This document shows, in pieces, positions 1-11,300 of a stretch of 64,000 nt of DNA. Numbering within the stretch: position 1 is the first letter of the stretch; each line of letters begins with the position of its first letter. A program made the translations under genes and the position numbers. This DNA is from a bacterium BRH_c32 (GTDB lineage: Bacteria > Bacteroidota > Ignavibacteria > Ignavibacteriales > Melioribacteraceae): the NCBI GenBank assembly GCA_001516025.1, contig LOEU01000034.1, positions 15,468-79,467 on the forward strand. The letters are read 5' to 3'. The notes below the pieces were generated by a model, which did not search any database, had not been told where the DNA came from, and saw only the letters and a program-made list of their open reading frames with translations.

Positions 1-145
1 TTTATAATTAAAGAGGAAAGAATGTTTTTATCTCATTTAAACTTACCAAATATTTTATACATTTGCCCGCTAAAATATTCTAAAAATCTTTTATTTTTAG
101 CGTTAATTGCGGAATATTAAGTCTTTTTTAGGGTCTAAAATAAAA

Positions 146-179
146 AACCACCAAAGGGCATTTCTGCTCCTCGGTGGTT
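146..179 (-). terminator. Rho-independent terminator after the tricorn-like protease gene
   Basis: Inverted repeat AACCACC (146-152) / GGTGGTT (173-179). On the minus strand it is followed by TTTTATTTTAG (complement of about 135-145). Confidence 0.6.
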
Positions 180-191
180 AAAAAGGAAAAA

Positions 192-3100
192 TTATTTCTT
201 TGAATCGATCTGTTTTAGGAGTTCATCAACTGCTTTTTTGAGCTGTTGGTCTTCATTTATAGCTTTAGCATTTGGAGTATTATCTACAATAAAATCGGGA
301 ACCGCAGGTCCTAGTTCCTGATTTTTATCGGTAGCTTTTGTAAACCAAGCTCTAAATGGGAGACGTACCAAAGAGCCATCGATTAATTGCTTACCGCCGG
401 TGGAAATTACACTTCCGTTGGTCGGTTTACCTACTAGTTTACCGATACCGAGTGATTTATAAGCATGTGAGAAGATTTCGGCATTTGAATAGCTGTCTTC
501 ATTACAAAGAGCCACCGAAGGCTTAATCCATGGCGAATAAGGAAGTCTTTCCCCAATTGCATAATAATCTCTGAATTTTAATTTGTCTTTTTCAAGATTA
601 TCGGAAGCGCCGCGCGGGATTGTATAGGCATGCTGTTTGTAGTTAAGCACTAACATTAGATAATCTGTTGTGGAGCCACCTCCATTATAACGAACGTCAA
701 TTACGATTCCCTCTTTATGATGTCCCGCTGCGGTTAATTGTCTTTCAAATACTTCAAATGAAGGGAAATTCATTCCCTGAATATGAATATAACCCAAGCG
801 ACCATTTGAATATTTATCTGTAAGCTGTTCTCTTTGGATTACCCATTCCTCATAGAGCAATTGGCGTTCGTTGGAGATTGGTCTAATTTTTACTTCTCTC
901 TCTTTGCCCGATTTATCTTTAACTCCTAGTAGAACCGGCTCGTCTGCTTTATTAATCAAAAGAGAATAGAAATCGATCTCATTAGTTACGGGTGTTTGAT
1001 CGACCGAAGTGATAACATCATCAACAAAAAGTTTGCTTGATTCTCTGTCGGCAGGTGATTCAGGAATAATGCGATTTACTTTTACTCCACCTTTAACAGG
1101 AGAAATATCGATTCCAAGGAAACCGGTTGATTCGTTCTGTGTTTCCCCTCTATTTTGTCCATATAAGCCCATGTGGCTTGAATTTAATTCGCCTAGCATA
1201 TAATTAAACATCTCTTTAAAATCTTGATCGGTAGAAGCAGCCATAGCCCAAACTTTATATTTTGCTTTAATTGCATCCCAATCATATCCGTGGAAATTCG
1301 GGTCATAGAATCCATCTCTGATTGTTCGCCAAGCTTCTTCAAAAATCTGTTCTTGCTCTTTCGGATGGTCGATATTCATTTTAGCTGAATAAGGAAGTGC
1401 TTCGGACTTATCGCCTTTGAGATCAATGCGATTAAGAGCTCCAGACTTGAAATAGTATAGGTATTTTCCATCTTTATCTATTTCAATACCTGAGGGTTTC
1501 GTACCACCTTTAGTGATAGCTTTTAAGTCTTTACCATCCCACTTAACGCTATAAAGGTCGTTTGCTTTGGCATCGCTATTAAAAGCGGTGAAATAGAAAG
1601 TTTCGCCATCTTTAGAGATTGCAAGATTGCTCTCTTCGCCAGGCAGGTTAGTTACTTGAACTAAACGTTCATAGATCTTATCAAAATCGATCTTAATATC
1701 CTTAGTTTTCGTTGAGTCTTTAGAGGTTTCTTTTTTGTCTTTACCGTTTTTATCCGATTTTGCTGCGGTTACAGGCTTTTCATCTTCATAAAGCCAATCC
1801 AATTTGGTTTTGTCCCAATCGGATTTCTTTAGCCATACAAACCAGATATCAAAAGTTCTATCGTTACGTTCGGAACGGAAGCCAAGTTTAGAACCGTCAG
1901 AACTCCAGACCGGGTCGTAATCACCGCGTGGGTGCATACTTACATTTACGGGCTTCATGGAATTATCGATCGGATGAATAAATACTTCGTCATTGAAGTA
2001 AAGATCGCTAATTGAATAAGCAATGTACTTGCTATCAGGACTCCAGACTACGCTACTCGGTGTTGCCCATCCTTCTAATAATACTTTTTCATTGCTTAAT
2101 TTACCATCGGCGGAGATATCGGATACTATTAATTCTCCGCGTCCTCTTATAAAAGTAATTTTCTTACCGTCAGGTGAAATTACCGGATTTGATTCATCTA
2201 AATCGGTTGATGTGATTTTTGTTATTTTGTGTTTAAGTGTTTTGAATAATTGCGGTTCCGATTTGTCATCGCTTTTTGCCAAATAAAGATCGTATTGACC
2301 GTCTCGATCAGAAGTAAATACAAGCGAAGAATCATTTAACCAAGCTACATCGGTATCGCGGTAAGGACTATTAGAAATATTTACTGCACGTGATTTATCT
2401 TTATCATTTAACGTTACGAATACTTCTCCTCGAATAACCAAGGCAGTGTATTTGCTATTTGGAGAGACTGAATATCCCGAAGCATTGCTCGTAAATGTTT
2501 TATATTCAATAGGATCGAAACGATAGTCTGCCGGAAGTTCGATCGTAATCTTTTTATATTTATTTGTTTTTATATCGAGAAGATAAATATTGGAATCACT
2601 TTCGAAAACAATTGAATTTCCGTTTGTGCTTATATCAAAATAGCGGACACCGTTTTCAAGTTTTGTTATCTGTTCTGCCGCTCCAGCCGGTGCTCCATTT
2701 TCATCGATTGATTGTTTGAAAATATTATATCTTCCGTTTGATTCGGCACTGATGAAATATACAGTCTTGCTATCTCCCCAAGACGGATTAATATCGTTTG
2801 TCATACTCGTAGAAATTTTTACGAATGATTTTTTTGCTTTATTAAATAGCCAGATATCGCGATTAGCGGGACCTGCATAAGGCTGGCGATAAATCGTATT
2901 GCTTCCTCTAACGAATAAATAAAACTTGTTATCGGGAGAATTGACAATCGACGAACCGAGTGCATCAAGGATTCTTTCCGAGGTTCCGCCTGTAACCGAT
3001 ACTTTATGAAATTCTTGTTCTCGTTCTAAATTAACGAATTCACGTGTAGTTGAAAAAATAATCTCTTTATTATTTTCCCAACCGGTAGCTACATCATTAG

Positions 3101-3419
3101 AAGAGCTATAAGTTAAGCGAGAAGGAATTCCTCCGTTTGAAGGTATAACGAAAACATCGTTGCTTCCCATTCTATCAGCCGTAAAAGCAATAGATTTACC
3201 ATCGGGGCTGAATTTAGGCATTGTCTCAAAAGCTTCATGAATAGTCAATCGGGTAGCTTCGCCTCCCTTAGAATCGACAGTCCAAATATCCCCTTGATAC
3301 GAAAATGCAATTTTGGAGGCATCACTATTTAGAGAAGGGTAACGGACGAAAGGTGATTTCTCTTGTGAAAAAGTTACAGTTACTAATAGGAGTGAAAAAA
3401 GTGTGAGTAGTTTTTTCAT
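192..3419 (-). CDS. Tricorn protease homolog (secreted; beta-propellers + PDZ + S41 peptidase core)
   Basis: 1075-aa ORF with signal peptide MKKLLTLFSLLLVTVTFSQ. It has repeated TolB/WD40-like blades (SPDGK.IAF type motifs), a PDZ-like segment GFLGIDISPVKGGVKVNRIIPESPA and a C-terminal S41-type core (IDVRYNGGGS). Size and domain order match tricorn protease homologs. Confidence 0.8.
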   Translation of the reverse strand: MKKLLTLFSLLLVTVTFSQEKSPFVRYPSLNSDASKIAFSYQGDIWTVDSKGGEATRLTIHEAFETMPKFSPDGKSIAFTADRMGSNDVFVIPSNGGIPSRLTYSSSNDVATGWENNKEIIFSTTREFVNLEREQEFHKVSVTGGTSERILDALGSSIVNSPDNKFYLFVRGSNTIYRQPYAGPANRDIWLFNKAKKSFVKISTSMTNDINPSWGDSKTVYFISAESNGRYNIFKQSIDENGAPAGAAEQITKLENGVRYFDISTNGNSIVFESDSNIYLLDIKTNKYKKITIELPADYRFDPIEYKTFTSNASGYSVSPNSKYTALVIRGEVFVTLNDKDKSRAVNISNSPYRDTDVAWLNDSSLVFTSDRDGQYDLYLAKSDDKSEPQLFKTLKHKITKITSTDLDESNPVISPDGKKITFIRGRGELIVSDISADGKLSNEKVLLEGWATPSSVVWSPDSKYIAYSISDLYFNDEVFIHPIDNSMKPVNVSMHPRGDYDPVWSSDGSKLGFRSERNDRTFDIWFVWLKKSDWDKTKLDWLYEDEKPVTAAKSDKNGKDKKETSKDSTKTKDIKIDFDKIYERLVQVTNLPGEESNLAISKDGETFYFTAFNSDAKANDLYSVKWDGKDLKAITKGGTKPSGIEIDKDGKYLYYFKSGALNRIDLKGDKSEALPYSAKMNIDHPKEQEQIFEEAWRTIRDGFYDPNFHGYDWDAIKAKYKVWAMAASTDQDFKEMFNYMLGELNSSHMGLYGQNRGETQNESTGFLGIDISPVKGGVKVNRIIPESPADRESSKLFVDDVITSVDQTPVTNEIDFYSLLINKADEPVLLGVKDKSGKEREVKIRPISNERQLLYEEWVIQREQLTDKYSNGRLGYIHIQGMNFPSFEVFERQLTAAGHHKEGIVIDVRYNGGGSTTDYLMLVLNYKQHAYTIPRGASDNLEKDKLKFRDYYAIGERLPYSPWIKPSVALCNEDSYSNAEIFSHAYKSLGIGKLVGKPTNGSVISTGGKQLIDGSLVRLPFRAWFTKATDKNQELGPAVPDFIVDNTPNAKAINEDQQLKKAVDELLKQIDSKK

Positions 3420-3436
3420 TCTAAATTATCCTTATG

Positions 3437-3901
3437 TTATTTTTTACCTTGTCCCCATTCAAGGACTTCTACTTTTACATCTGTAATACCATCATTAACG
3501 AAATCCAATACCTTTGCCGCTCCTAGAGATAGATCTATAATTCTATCTCCCCTTGTAGGCATTCGATCGTTAATTCGTAGTATTGTACTTTTATTATTTT
3601 TAAGGTTGGTTACTCTTATAATTGTATCCATCGGGAATGATTGATGAGCGGCTGTAACGCCATTCATATCATATACTTCACCGTTATAAGTGATTCTTCC
3701 ATGAAATTTATCTGCATAAAACGAGGCGGTCCCTTCAATAAATTCAATAACTTGGTAGTTTTTATAAGTTTCATTAAGCTGCCTATTTTCGATAGGCAGC
3801 TTAGAATTATTTTCTGATCTAAATCGGGGTAATGGAGTACAATTAAATAATGTTACCGCTAATAGTAATAGCAAAACAAAATTAGTTTTTTTTAATATCA
3901 T
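3437..3901 (-). CDS. RlpA-like lipoprotein (double-psi beta-barrel domain)
   Basis: 154 aa with lipobox LFNC. The segment ASFYADKFHGRITYNGEVYDMNGVTAAHQSFPMDTIIRVTNLKNNKSTILRINDRMP is typical of the RlpA DPBB domain. Confidence 0.8.
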   Translation of the reverse strand: MILKKTNFVLLLLLAVTLFNCTPLPRFRSENNSKLPIENRQLNETYKNYQVIEFIEGTASFYADKFHGRITYNGEVYDMNGVTAAHQSFPMDTIIRVTNLKNNKSTILRINDRMPTRGDRIIDLSLGAAKVLDFVNDGITDVKVEVLEWGQGKK

Positions 3902-4881
3902 TTTTTCCTGTATCCGAATGAATCGACATAAAATTTCTCAAGATCGACCGTAATTTTTTTAGTTATATATGCACCAAAGATTCCAAGTCCCCCATCGATA
4001 TTTGTAAAATCGGGTTGATTAATCCTCACCGAAAATTCATCTAAAAAAGTTTGTTGAGCCGAATAGTAAGTTGCTAAATATTTGTCCATAATTAATAAAC
4101 GAAAATAAGCTTTATCAATGATATAATTTGATTTATTTGGATCACCGGTTGAGATGCTTCTCATAATGGAATCGATTGCCGGTTCTTCAAATCCTACCGT
4201 ACTAATTCTATTGGCGATAGGAGGATAAATTCCCACGTCCTTCCCCTCTTGACTAAGTAGATACATCGGGAACTCTATTTGATGCCGCTTTTCTACACCA
4301 TTTTCCACTTTATAATAAACTAAAATGAGATCGGGAGCAAAGAATATTTCTTGATTAAGACTCTGATCGGGAAAAAATTCTTTCCAAGTAAATCTAAGAG
4401 TTGAACCATAAGCGTTACCCGTAGGTATGGTTCTGTTGGAGCTTGAAAAATAAAAATTATTTGGATTAAGAGATCTAGTCGAAGCAGATAATATTTTCCC
4501 TTCTCCCGGATAAGCCCGAATTTTAATCTCGGTTCCATCATTTGGAGTAAAATTAGGAAGATAATAAACAGGTATCGGTCCCGGATAACGGGAATCCCCC
4601 AACCGAGAAACTAATGTATCCCTCATTCGATAAGCTTTTCCTTTATACATCAATTCTAAATACATATTCCTAAGGAATGGATCGTTTTGATTTGTGTATG
4701 GATCGTAACCGGAGACATCAAAACTTTTTGATATAGTTGCGTATTGAGTTGTGGAATCTCCATTAATAATACAATTAAGAATATATTTTTCCGAAAAATC
4801 CGCTTTCGGTTCAAACGAATCATCGCATGAAACGGAGATAAATAATAATAAAAATACTGAAGCTAAAATCGATTTTTTCAT
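3898..4881 (-). CDS. DUF4249-like lipoprotein (usual partner of CarboxypepD_reg-type TonB receptors)
   Basis: 327 aa with lipobox SVSC and the C-terminal GGLGIFGAY motif I associate with DUF4249. It has 4-nt overlaps with both neighbouring genes. Confidence 0.55.
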   Translation of the reverse strand: MKKSILASVFLLLFISVSCDDSFEPKADFSEKYILNCIINGDSTTQYATISKSFDVSGYDPYTNQNDPFLRNMYLELMYKGKAYRMRDTLVSRLGDSRYPGPIPVYYLPNFTPNDGTEIKIRAYPGEGKILSASTRSLNPNNFYFSSSNRTIPTGNAYGSTLRFTWKEFFPDQSLNQEIFFAPDLILVYYKVENGVEKRHQIEFPMYLLSQEGKDVGIYPPIANRISTVGFEEPAIDSIMRSISTGDPNKSNYIIDKAYFRLLIMDKYLATYYSAQQTFLDEFSVRINQPDFTNIDGGLGIFGAYITKKITVDLEKFYVDSFGYRKK

Positions 4882-7121
4882 AATTCCACCTTTATTGTTG
4901 CGGTTGGAAGGAATCGAAGCATATCCACTCTTTCGCCTGTATTCCTGTCAAAATAAAAAATGTTTTTTCGATCGTAAACGTTAATAATGCTGAAATCCAA
5001 GTAGAATTTAAAATCACCCAACTGTAATTTTTTTGAGAGATTAAAATCGAGACGATGATAATCGGGCAATCTTCCCATATTTTTGTCAGCCAAAATTCTG
5101 AATGGCAAATAAGAATCGAATAAGTAATTTTGTGCGAAAACATCATCGATGGCAAGTTTCTCATAATAACCGGAAATTTGTGTAAACGGTTGCCCTGAAT
5201 TATAAATCCAAGTGGTGCTTGCCGTAAATCCATATCCAAGATCGACTTCCAGAATCATATTCAAAGAATGCTTTGCATCGTATCGGGGCGAATATGAAAT
5301 ACCATAAACTTCATTAGTGGTATTTGATAATGAATAAGAAGCAGTTAAACTTGCACGTGAATAAGTATATCTCGTAAGCACTTCGATACCATAAGATTTT
5401 CCCGTTCCTGCAACCAGGTCATTATCGATAGAGAAAAACTTTTTCTCGTTAATAAGTGCAAGATTCAAAATTCTTTTGTAATATCCTTCTATGCTCAGTT
5501 CAAGTTCGGGAGTAAAGAAAGATTCTATTCCCGCAACGTAATGGATAGCATTAGATGGTTTTAAGTAAAGAGGGGTAATAATCCATGGCTCAAATAGATT
5601 GATGATTTCATTTTCATCCGATAGAGTTACTAGATCTTGTTGATATATACCCCAAGCCGCCTTAATAGCTATTTGAGGTAGTATTCTATAGGTCATGCTT
5701 ACGCGCGGTTCTATAAATTGTTCATCAGAACCGCCTCCGCCCAATCTAGTTAAGTTAATTCGAGTACCCACATCGGCGCCGAATTTATCGAACCGAAGAA
5801 GTTTATATTTTAGATAAGCGCTAATATTAGTTCCTTTAGTAGCTATATCTGTAACTGCACGCCGAGCATTCTCAAGAAATAAATTAGTCTTAATCTCTGT
5901 AATTTTAAATCCACCATCGAGTTCGTCTTTGCTTCCATAAACATAATTGAAATCCATTTTCCCGGAGATATCAATCAATGTATTCTTTCTTGCTTTTGAA
6001 TTACTTCCGTGAGGATTAAGCTCTCCATCAAAATGGCTTACTGAAAAATCGATCTGATAGAACAATGGACTATCGGAAATCTGAAAATAATTCACTCCGA
6101 TAATTTTATTAGACCAAGCAAAATCTTCTTTAACGGGGCTATTATTCCTTAGATAATCTCCGCTTGCAAAACCATGCACCGTAAACTTGGCGTCCTTCAT
6201 AAATTCATCATCGGAATAGTTTAATTTAAGAGCGATATCATAAAAATCGATCGGAGCATTTTTGTTATTCATGAATTTTTTTAAAATTCCGGTAGAGTGG
6301 CTTCTTCTTCCCGATAGGAGAAATGAACCGTTAGGGATAGGACCTTCCACCAGTGCTTTAGTACTAAGGAGTGAAGCACTTGCTTTACCTCCAAATTGGT
6401 TTCGATTGCCATCCTTTGTATTAATCTTCATTACCGAGGAAAGACGACCGCTTAATTCAGATGTAAATCCTCCCTTATAAAACTCAATTGAATTAATAAT
6501 TTCGGGATCGATAGCCGAAAAGATTCCGAAAGCATGAAAAGGATGATAGACGGTGGAATTATCGAGTAGTACAAGATTCTGATTACTTGCTCCTCCTCTT
6601 ACATAATACTTAGCTGAGACATCGCCTCCGGAACGAACACCCGGCAGGTATTGCAATGAGCGAAAGATATCCACTTCCACTCCTTTTGGTAAAGTTTCAA
6701 GATCCTTCATAACGATTTTTTGTAAACTCAAATCGGTAGATTTTTCTTTTGGAATCTTGGAAGCCACTTTCTCGATTGCATTGAGTTGAATCGAAACCGG
6801 CTCAAGAATTATTTTTATATCGGTTACCTTATTAGCTCCAATATAAATGGAAAGTTCTTTTGATTTATATCCGACATAAGAAAAAACAATGTTATATTTT
6901 TTATTCCCCGGAATGGAAGTAATAATAAAATAACCTCTTTGATCGGTAGAAGTACCTGAATTTAGTTCTTTAATTAAAACATTCCCAAATGGAAGAGATT
7001 CTCCCGAAGTGGAATCGGCTATGAATCCTCTTAGTGTTCCTCTTCCGGATTGAGCTTCTATATTAGTTAAAAATAGAAGTAATAATAGAAGAAGTATCAA
7101 CTTTTTCATATTCCCCCGCAA
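4878..7121 (-). CDS. TonB-dependent receptor with N-terminal carboxypeptidase-regulatory-like domain
   Basis: 747 aa with a signal peptide. It has a CarboxypepD_reg-like N-terminus (GTLRGFIADSTSGESLPFGNVLI...YNIVFSYVGY), a plug region (LPGVRSGGD...YVRGG...NLVLLDN) and a long beta-barrel. Confidence 0.9.
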   Translation of the reverse strand: MRGNMKKLILLLLLLLFLTNIEAQSGRGTLRGFIADSTSGESLPFGNVLIKELNSGTSTDQRGYFIITSIPGNKKYNIVFSYVGYKSKELSIYIGANKVTDIKIILEPVSIQLNAIEKVASKIPKEKSTDLSLQKIVMKDLETLPKGVEVDIFRSLQYLPGVRSGGDVSAKYYVRGGASNQNLVLLDNSTVYHPFHAFGIFSAIDPEIINSIEFYKGGFTSELSGRLSSVMKINTKDGNRNQFGGKASASLLSTKALVEGPIPNGSFLLSGRRSHSTGILKKFMNNKNAPIDFYDIALKLNYSDDEFMKDAKFTVHGFASGDYLRNNSPVKEDFAWSNKIIGVNYFQISDSPLFYQIDFSVSHFDGELNPHGSNSKARKNTLIDISGKMDFNYVYGSKDELDGGFKITEIKTNLFLENARRAVTDIATKGTNISAYLKYKLLRFDKFGADVGTRINLTRLGGGGSDEQFIEPRVSMTYRILPQIAIKAAWGIYQQDLVTLSDENEIINLFEPWIITPLYLKPSNAIHYVAGIESFFTPELELSIEGYYKRILNLALINEKKFFSIDNDLVAGTGKSYGIEVLTRYTYSRASLTASYSLSNTTNEVYGISYSPRYDAKHSLNMILEVDLGYGFTASTTWIYNSGQPFTQISGYYEKLAIDDVFAQNYLFDSYLPFRILADKNMGRLPDYHRLDFNLSKKLQLGDFKFYLDFSIINVYDRKNIFYFDRNTGERVDMLRFLPTATIKVEL

Positions 7122-7298
7122 TTAAAATAAACACAAAAATAATTAACGAAAATACAAATTAGTAAACCATACCAAATTTTATCTCTTTTTTTCTGCATTA
7201 AACTAAAATTTTTTATAAATTGCGCCGATATTTTCTACGCAATTCCCCAATATCACACCCAAAATTACTCAAAATAACAAGATAGAAGGTGGAGAATA

Positions 7299-8381
7299 GT
7301 GAACCGCACTTTCAATATAACACGCAAAGGGAAACTTTTATTAGAAGATGGGAGTGAATTTCCTGGATTTGTTTTCGGACTTCCGGAATCGACTTCTGGC
7401 GAAGTGGTTTTTAATACCGGAATGGTCGGTTATCCCGAAACGTTGACTGACCCCTCCTATAAAGGACAGATATTAGTTTTCACCTTTCCATTAATCGGCA
7501 ATTACGGCATTCCAGCAGATTCAATTATAGAGAAACTGCCCGAAAATTTTGAATCGCATAAAATTCAAATTCAGGCATTAATTGTCTCCGAAAATTCCGA
7601 AGAGTTTAATCATTGGAATGCAGCGCAGAGTCTTTCTTCGTGGCTTGAAAAATATAATGTACCCGGGCTGTGCGGAATAGATACGAGGAGATTGACAAAG
7701 CTTATTCGTGAGCAGGGAACAATGCTTGGTAAAATAATAGTAGATAGCGAACCGGCAGAGTTTTACGATCCCGATATCGATCATCTCATTTCCAAAGTAA
7801 CCGTACAAAAACCCGAAATACTCGGGAAAGGAAAGAAGAGGGTATTGCTAATCGATTGCGGTTGTAAGAAGAGTATAATAGAAAATCTGATTTCGAGAAA
7901 AGTGGAAGTATTTAGAGTACCTTATAATTACGATATAAGCGGTGAAGATTATGATGGTGTGGTTTTATCAAACGGACCGGGTAATCCGATAGTATATAAA
8001 GAGATAGTGAAAACAGCTAAACAATTAATAGCTAAAGAAGCTCCGATTTTAGGTATCTGCATGGGTCATCAAATACTTGCTTTGGCGGCAGGTGCAAAAA
8101 CATATAAACTGAAATATGGTCATAGAAGTCAAAATCAACCCGTAAAAGAAGCCGGCTCAAATAAATGTTACATCACTTCGCAGAATCATAGTTTCGCAGT
8201 CGATACCAAAAGACTTCCGAAAGGATGGAGCGTTTGGTTCGAGAATCTTAACGATGGATCTAACGAGGGGATCAAGCATAATAAACTTCCGTTTAGGAGT
8301 GTTCAATTTCATCCCGAAGCAGCTCCGGGACCAGTGGATACTGAATTTATTTTCGATGAATTTATCAAGGACTTAAAATGA
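7299..8381 (+). CDS. carA: Carbamoyl-phosphate synthase small (glutaminase) subunit
   Basis: 360 aa, GTG start preceded by AAGGTGGAG. The GATase motif is GICMGHQ with HPE near the C-terminus. ATGA overlap with carB. Confidence 0.95.
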   Translation: MNRTFNITRKGKLLLEDGSEFPGFVFGLPESTSGEVVFNTGMVGYPETLTDPSYKGQILVFTFPLIGNYGIPADSIIEKLPENFESHKIQIQALIVSENSEEFNHWNAAQSLSSWLEKYNVPGLCGIDTRRLTKLIREQGTMLGKIIVDSEPAEFYDPDIDHLISKVTVQKPEILGKGKKRVLLIDCGCKKSIIENLISRKVEVFRVPYNYDISGEDYDGVVLSNGPGNPIVYKEIVKTAKQLIAKEAPILGICMGHQILALAAGAKTYKLKYGHRSQNQPVKEAGSNKCYITSQNHSFAVDTKRLPKGWSVWFENLNDGSNEGIKHNKLPFRSVQFHPEAAPGPVDTEFIFDEFIKDLK

Positions 8382-11300
8382 AAACAAAATTCAAAAAAGT
8401 TTTAATAATCGGAAGTTCGGCCCTAAAAATTGGTGAAGCAGGTGAGTTTGATTATTCCGGAAGCCAGTGTATTAAAGCCCTTAAAGAAGAAGGGATATAT
8501 ACCGTTTTAATTAATCCTAACATTGCAACAATTCAGACTTCTGATTACATAGCCGATAGAGTATATCTTCTTCCGATCAATACACATTTCATAGAAGAAG
8601 TAATTAAGAAAGAAAAACCTGACGGGATAATGTTGGGATTCGGTGGACAGACGGCATTGAATAGCGGACTTGCTTTAGATAAGCTCGGCATCCTCAAGAA
8701 ATATAATGTAGAAGTTCTCGGGACTCAGATCGAGGCAATCGAAAATTCGGAAGACCGACAGAAATTCTGCCAAAAATTAAGTGAGATAGATGTAAAATAT
8801 CCGCAGAGTAAAGCGGTAAATAGCGTGGAAGATGCACTCGATTATGCAAAGAAGATCGGTTTTCCCCTCATAATAAGAATTGCTTATGCGCTCGGGGGAC
8901 TTGGATCAGGTATCTGCCGCAATGCATCGGAATTAAAAAAATTAGCATCCCGCGCTCTTTCATATTCATCACAAATTCTTGTAGAGGAATATCTCGAAGG
9001 ATGGCGCGAAATTGAATATGAAGTAGTAAGGGATAAATACGATAATTGTATTACTGTTTGTAATATGGAGAATATCGATCCGATGGGCATTCATACCGGC
9101 GAGAGTATGGTTGTGGCTCCATCGCAGACTTTATCGAATAGCGAGTTTCATAAATTAAGAGAAGTAGCTATCAGAACCATTCGCCATCTTGGAATTGTAG
9201 GCGAATGCAATATTCAATATGCTCTTGATATGAATTCGGAAGATTATCGCGTAATTGAAGTTAATGCCCGTTTATCTCGAAGCTCCGCACTTGCATCTAA
9301 GGCAACCGGTTACCCATTAGCATTCGTAGCAGCTAAGCTCGCTTTAGGTTATGGATTACACGAGCTTCCAAATTCTATAACGAAAAATACGAGTGCATTC
9401 TTCGAGCCGGCTCTCGATTATATTGTAATAAAAGTTCCTCGATGGGACTTGAAGAAATTCCGATTTGTTAAAAAACAGCTTGGCTCTTCGATGAAATCGG
9501 TAGGTGAAGTAATGGCTATCGGACGTAAATTTGAAGAGGCATTTCAAAAATCGATGAGAATGCTTGATATAAGTGTCGATGGAATAACGGCGAGCAGGAC
9601 GAAATTTGATTTTGAAGATTTGGAATATGCTCTTAGTAATCCAACCGAAGAGAGAATCTTCGCCGTAGTTCAAGCATTAAAATCGGGTTACTCGGTTGAT
9701 TGGATTTTTAATCTTACTCATATAAATAAATGGTTTCTCTATAAGATTCAAAACATTGTAGATATGGAGAAAAAAATTAAAGAGCAAGATTTCAAAAAAA
9801 TGGATAAAGCGTTTTTGCTCAAAGCAAAACAATTTGGATTTTCCGATCGGCAGATAGCAAATATTTTAGAAATTGATGCTCACGATGTCTATTTAAAGAG
9901 AATAAAATTCGGATTAAGACCGAAGATAGAACATATCGATACACTTGCGGCGGAATTTCCCGCAAAGACCAATTATCTTTATCTTACTTATAATTGCGAG
10001 GCGAGCGATTCTGAATTACAACTTAAAAATTCGATTGTTATTCTCGGCTCGGGTCCTTATCGAATCGGCAGTTCGGTGGAATTCGATTGGTGCTGCGTGG
10101 TTACCGGTAAATCATTAAGAGAAATGGGTTACAAAACTATTATGATTAACTGTAACCCCGAAACCGTTAGCACAGATTACGATGAATCGGACGCACTCTT
10201 TTTTGAAGAGCTTACAGTCGAAACAATTTACGAGATTTATCGTGCAACGAATCCTAAGGGTGTAATAGTGGCAATGGGTGGGCAGACTCCAAATAATCTA
10301 TCAGCTAAATTAAGAAATGTAGGAATTAAGATACTTGGCACATCAACTGAATCGATCGATATGGCTGAGGATAGAAGTAAATTTTCCTCTATGTTAGATA
10401 AGCTTGAGATAGAGCAGCCTGAATGGAGAGAACTTAGTGCAGTTCAAGATGCTGTTGAATTTGCCAAGAAAGTCGGTTATCCTGTTTTGGTTCGGCCATC
10501 GTATGTGTTAAGCGGAGCGGCAATGGCGATAGCTACCGATGATAACGAATTGATAAAATTCCTTCATAAAGCAGTGGATGTATCGAATGAGCATCCTGTC
10601 GTAATATCAAAATATTTAGTGAATGCAAAGGAATTGGAATTTGATGCCGTAGCTCAAAACGGTAAAATCGTTTGTTCTGCAATTTCAGAACATGTGGAAA
10701 ATGCGGGTGTCCATTCAGGAGATGCCACTTTGGTTCTTCCTCCGCAGAGAACATATCTCGAAACAATGAGACAGATAAGAGATATTTCTGCAAAAATTGC
10801 AAAATCGCTAAATATTAATGGACCTTTTAATATTCAATACATCGCAAAAGAGAACAGAGTGAAAGTGATAGAATGTAATCTTCGAGCTTCAAGAAGCTTC
10901 CCTTTTGTATCAAAGACATTAAAGAAGAATTTTATCGAGATTGCCGCAAAAGTAATTACCGGTGTGAAAGTACCGATAGATGACAATATGAATTTTAATT
11001 ACGATTACGTAGGAGTAAAAGCACCTGAATTTTCATTTACTCGCTTAGAGGGGGCAGATCCGACCACGGGAGTAGAGATGGCTTCAACGGGTGAAGTTGC
11101 ATGCCTTGGCGATGATTTTAGCGAGGCGTTCTTAAAGGCACTTATTTCCGTAGGATATAAATTCCCGATTAAGTCAATCTTAATTTCATCGGGTTCGATA
11201 GAATCGAAAGCTGAATTATTAGAAACCTGTCGTTCATTCTTAAAGCTCGGAGTAAAACTTTATGCCACATCGGGCACGGCTAAGTTTATGAAATCAAATG

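Noticed and set aside
22-120. A 32-codon ORF (MFLSHLNLPNILYICPLKYSKNLLFLALIAEY) at the window edge is preceded by GAGGA.
   Set aside because: It is too short and featureless to support. It sits in the 3' flank of the convergent tricorn gene and upstream context is missing from the window. It could only be assessed with conservation or ribosome profiling data.
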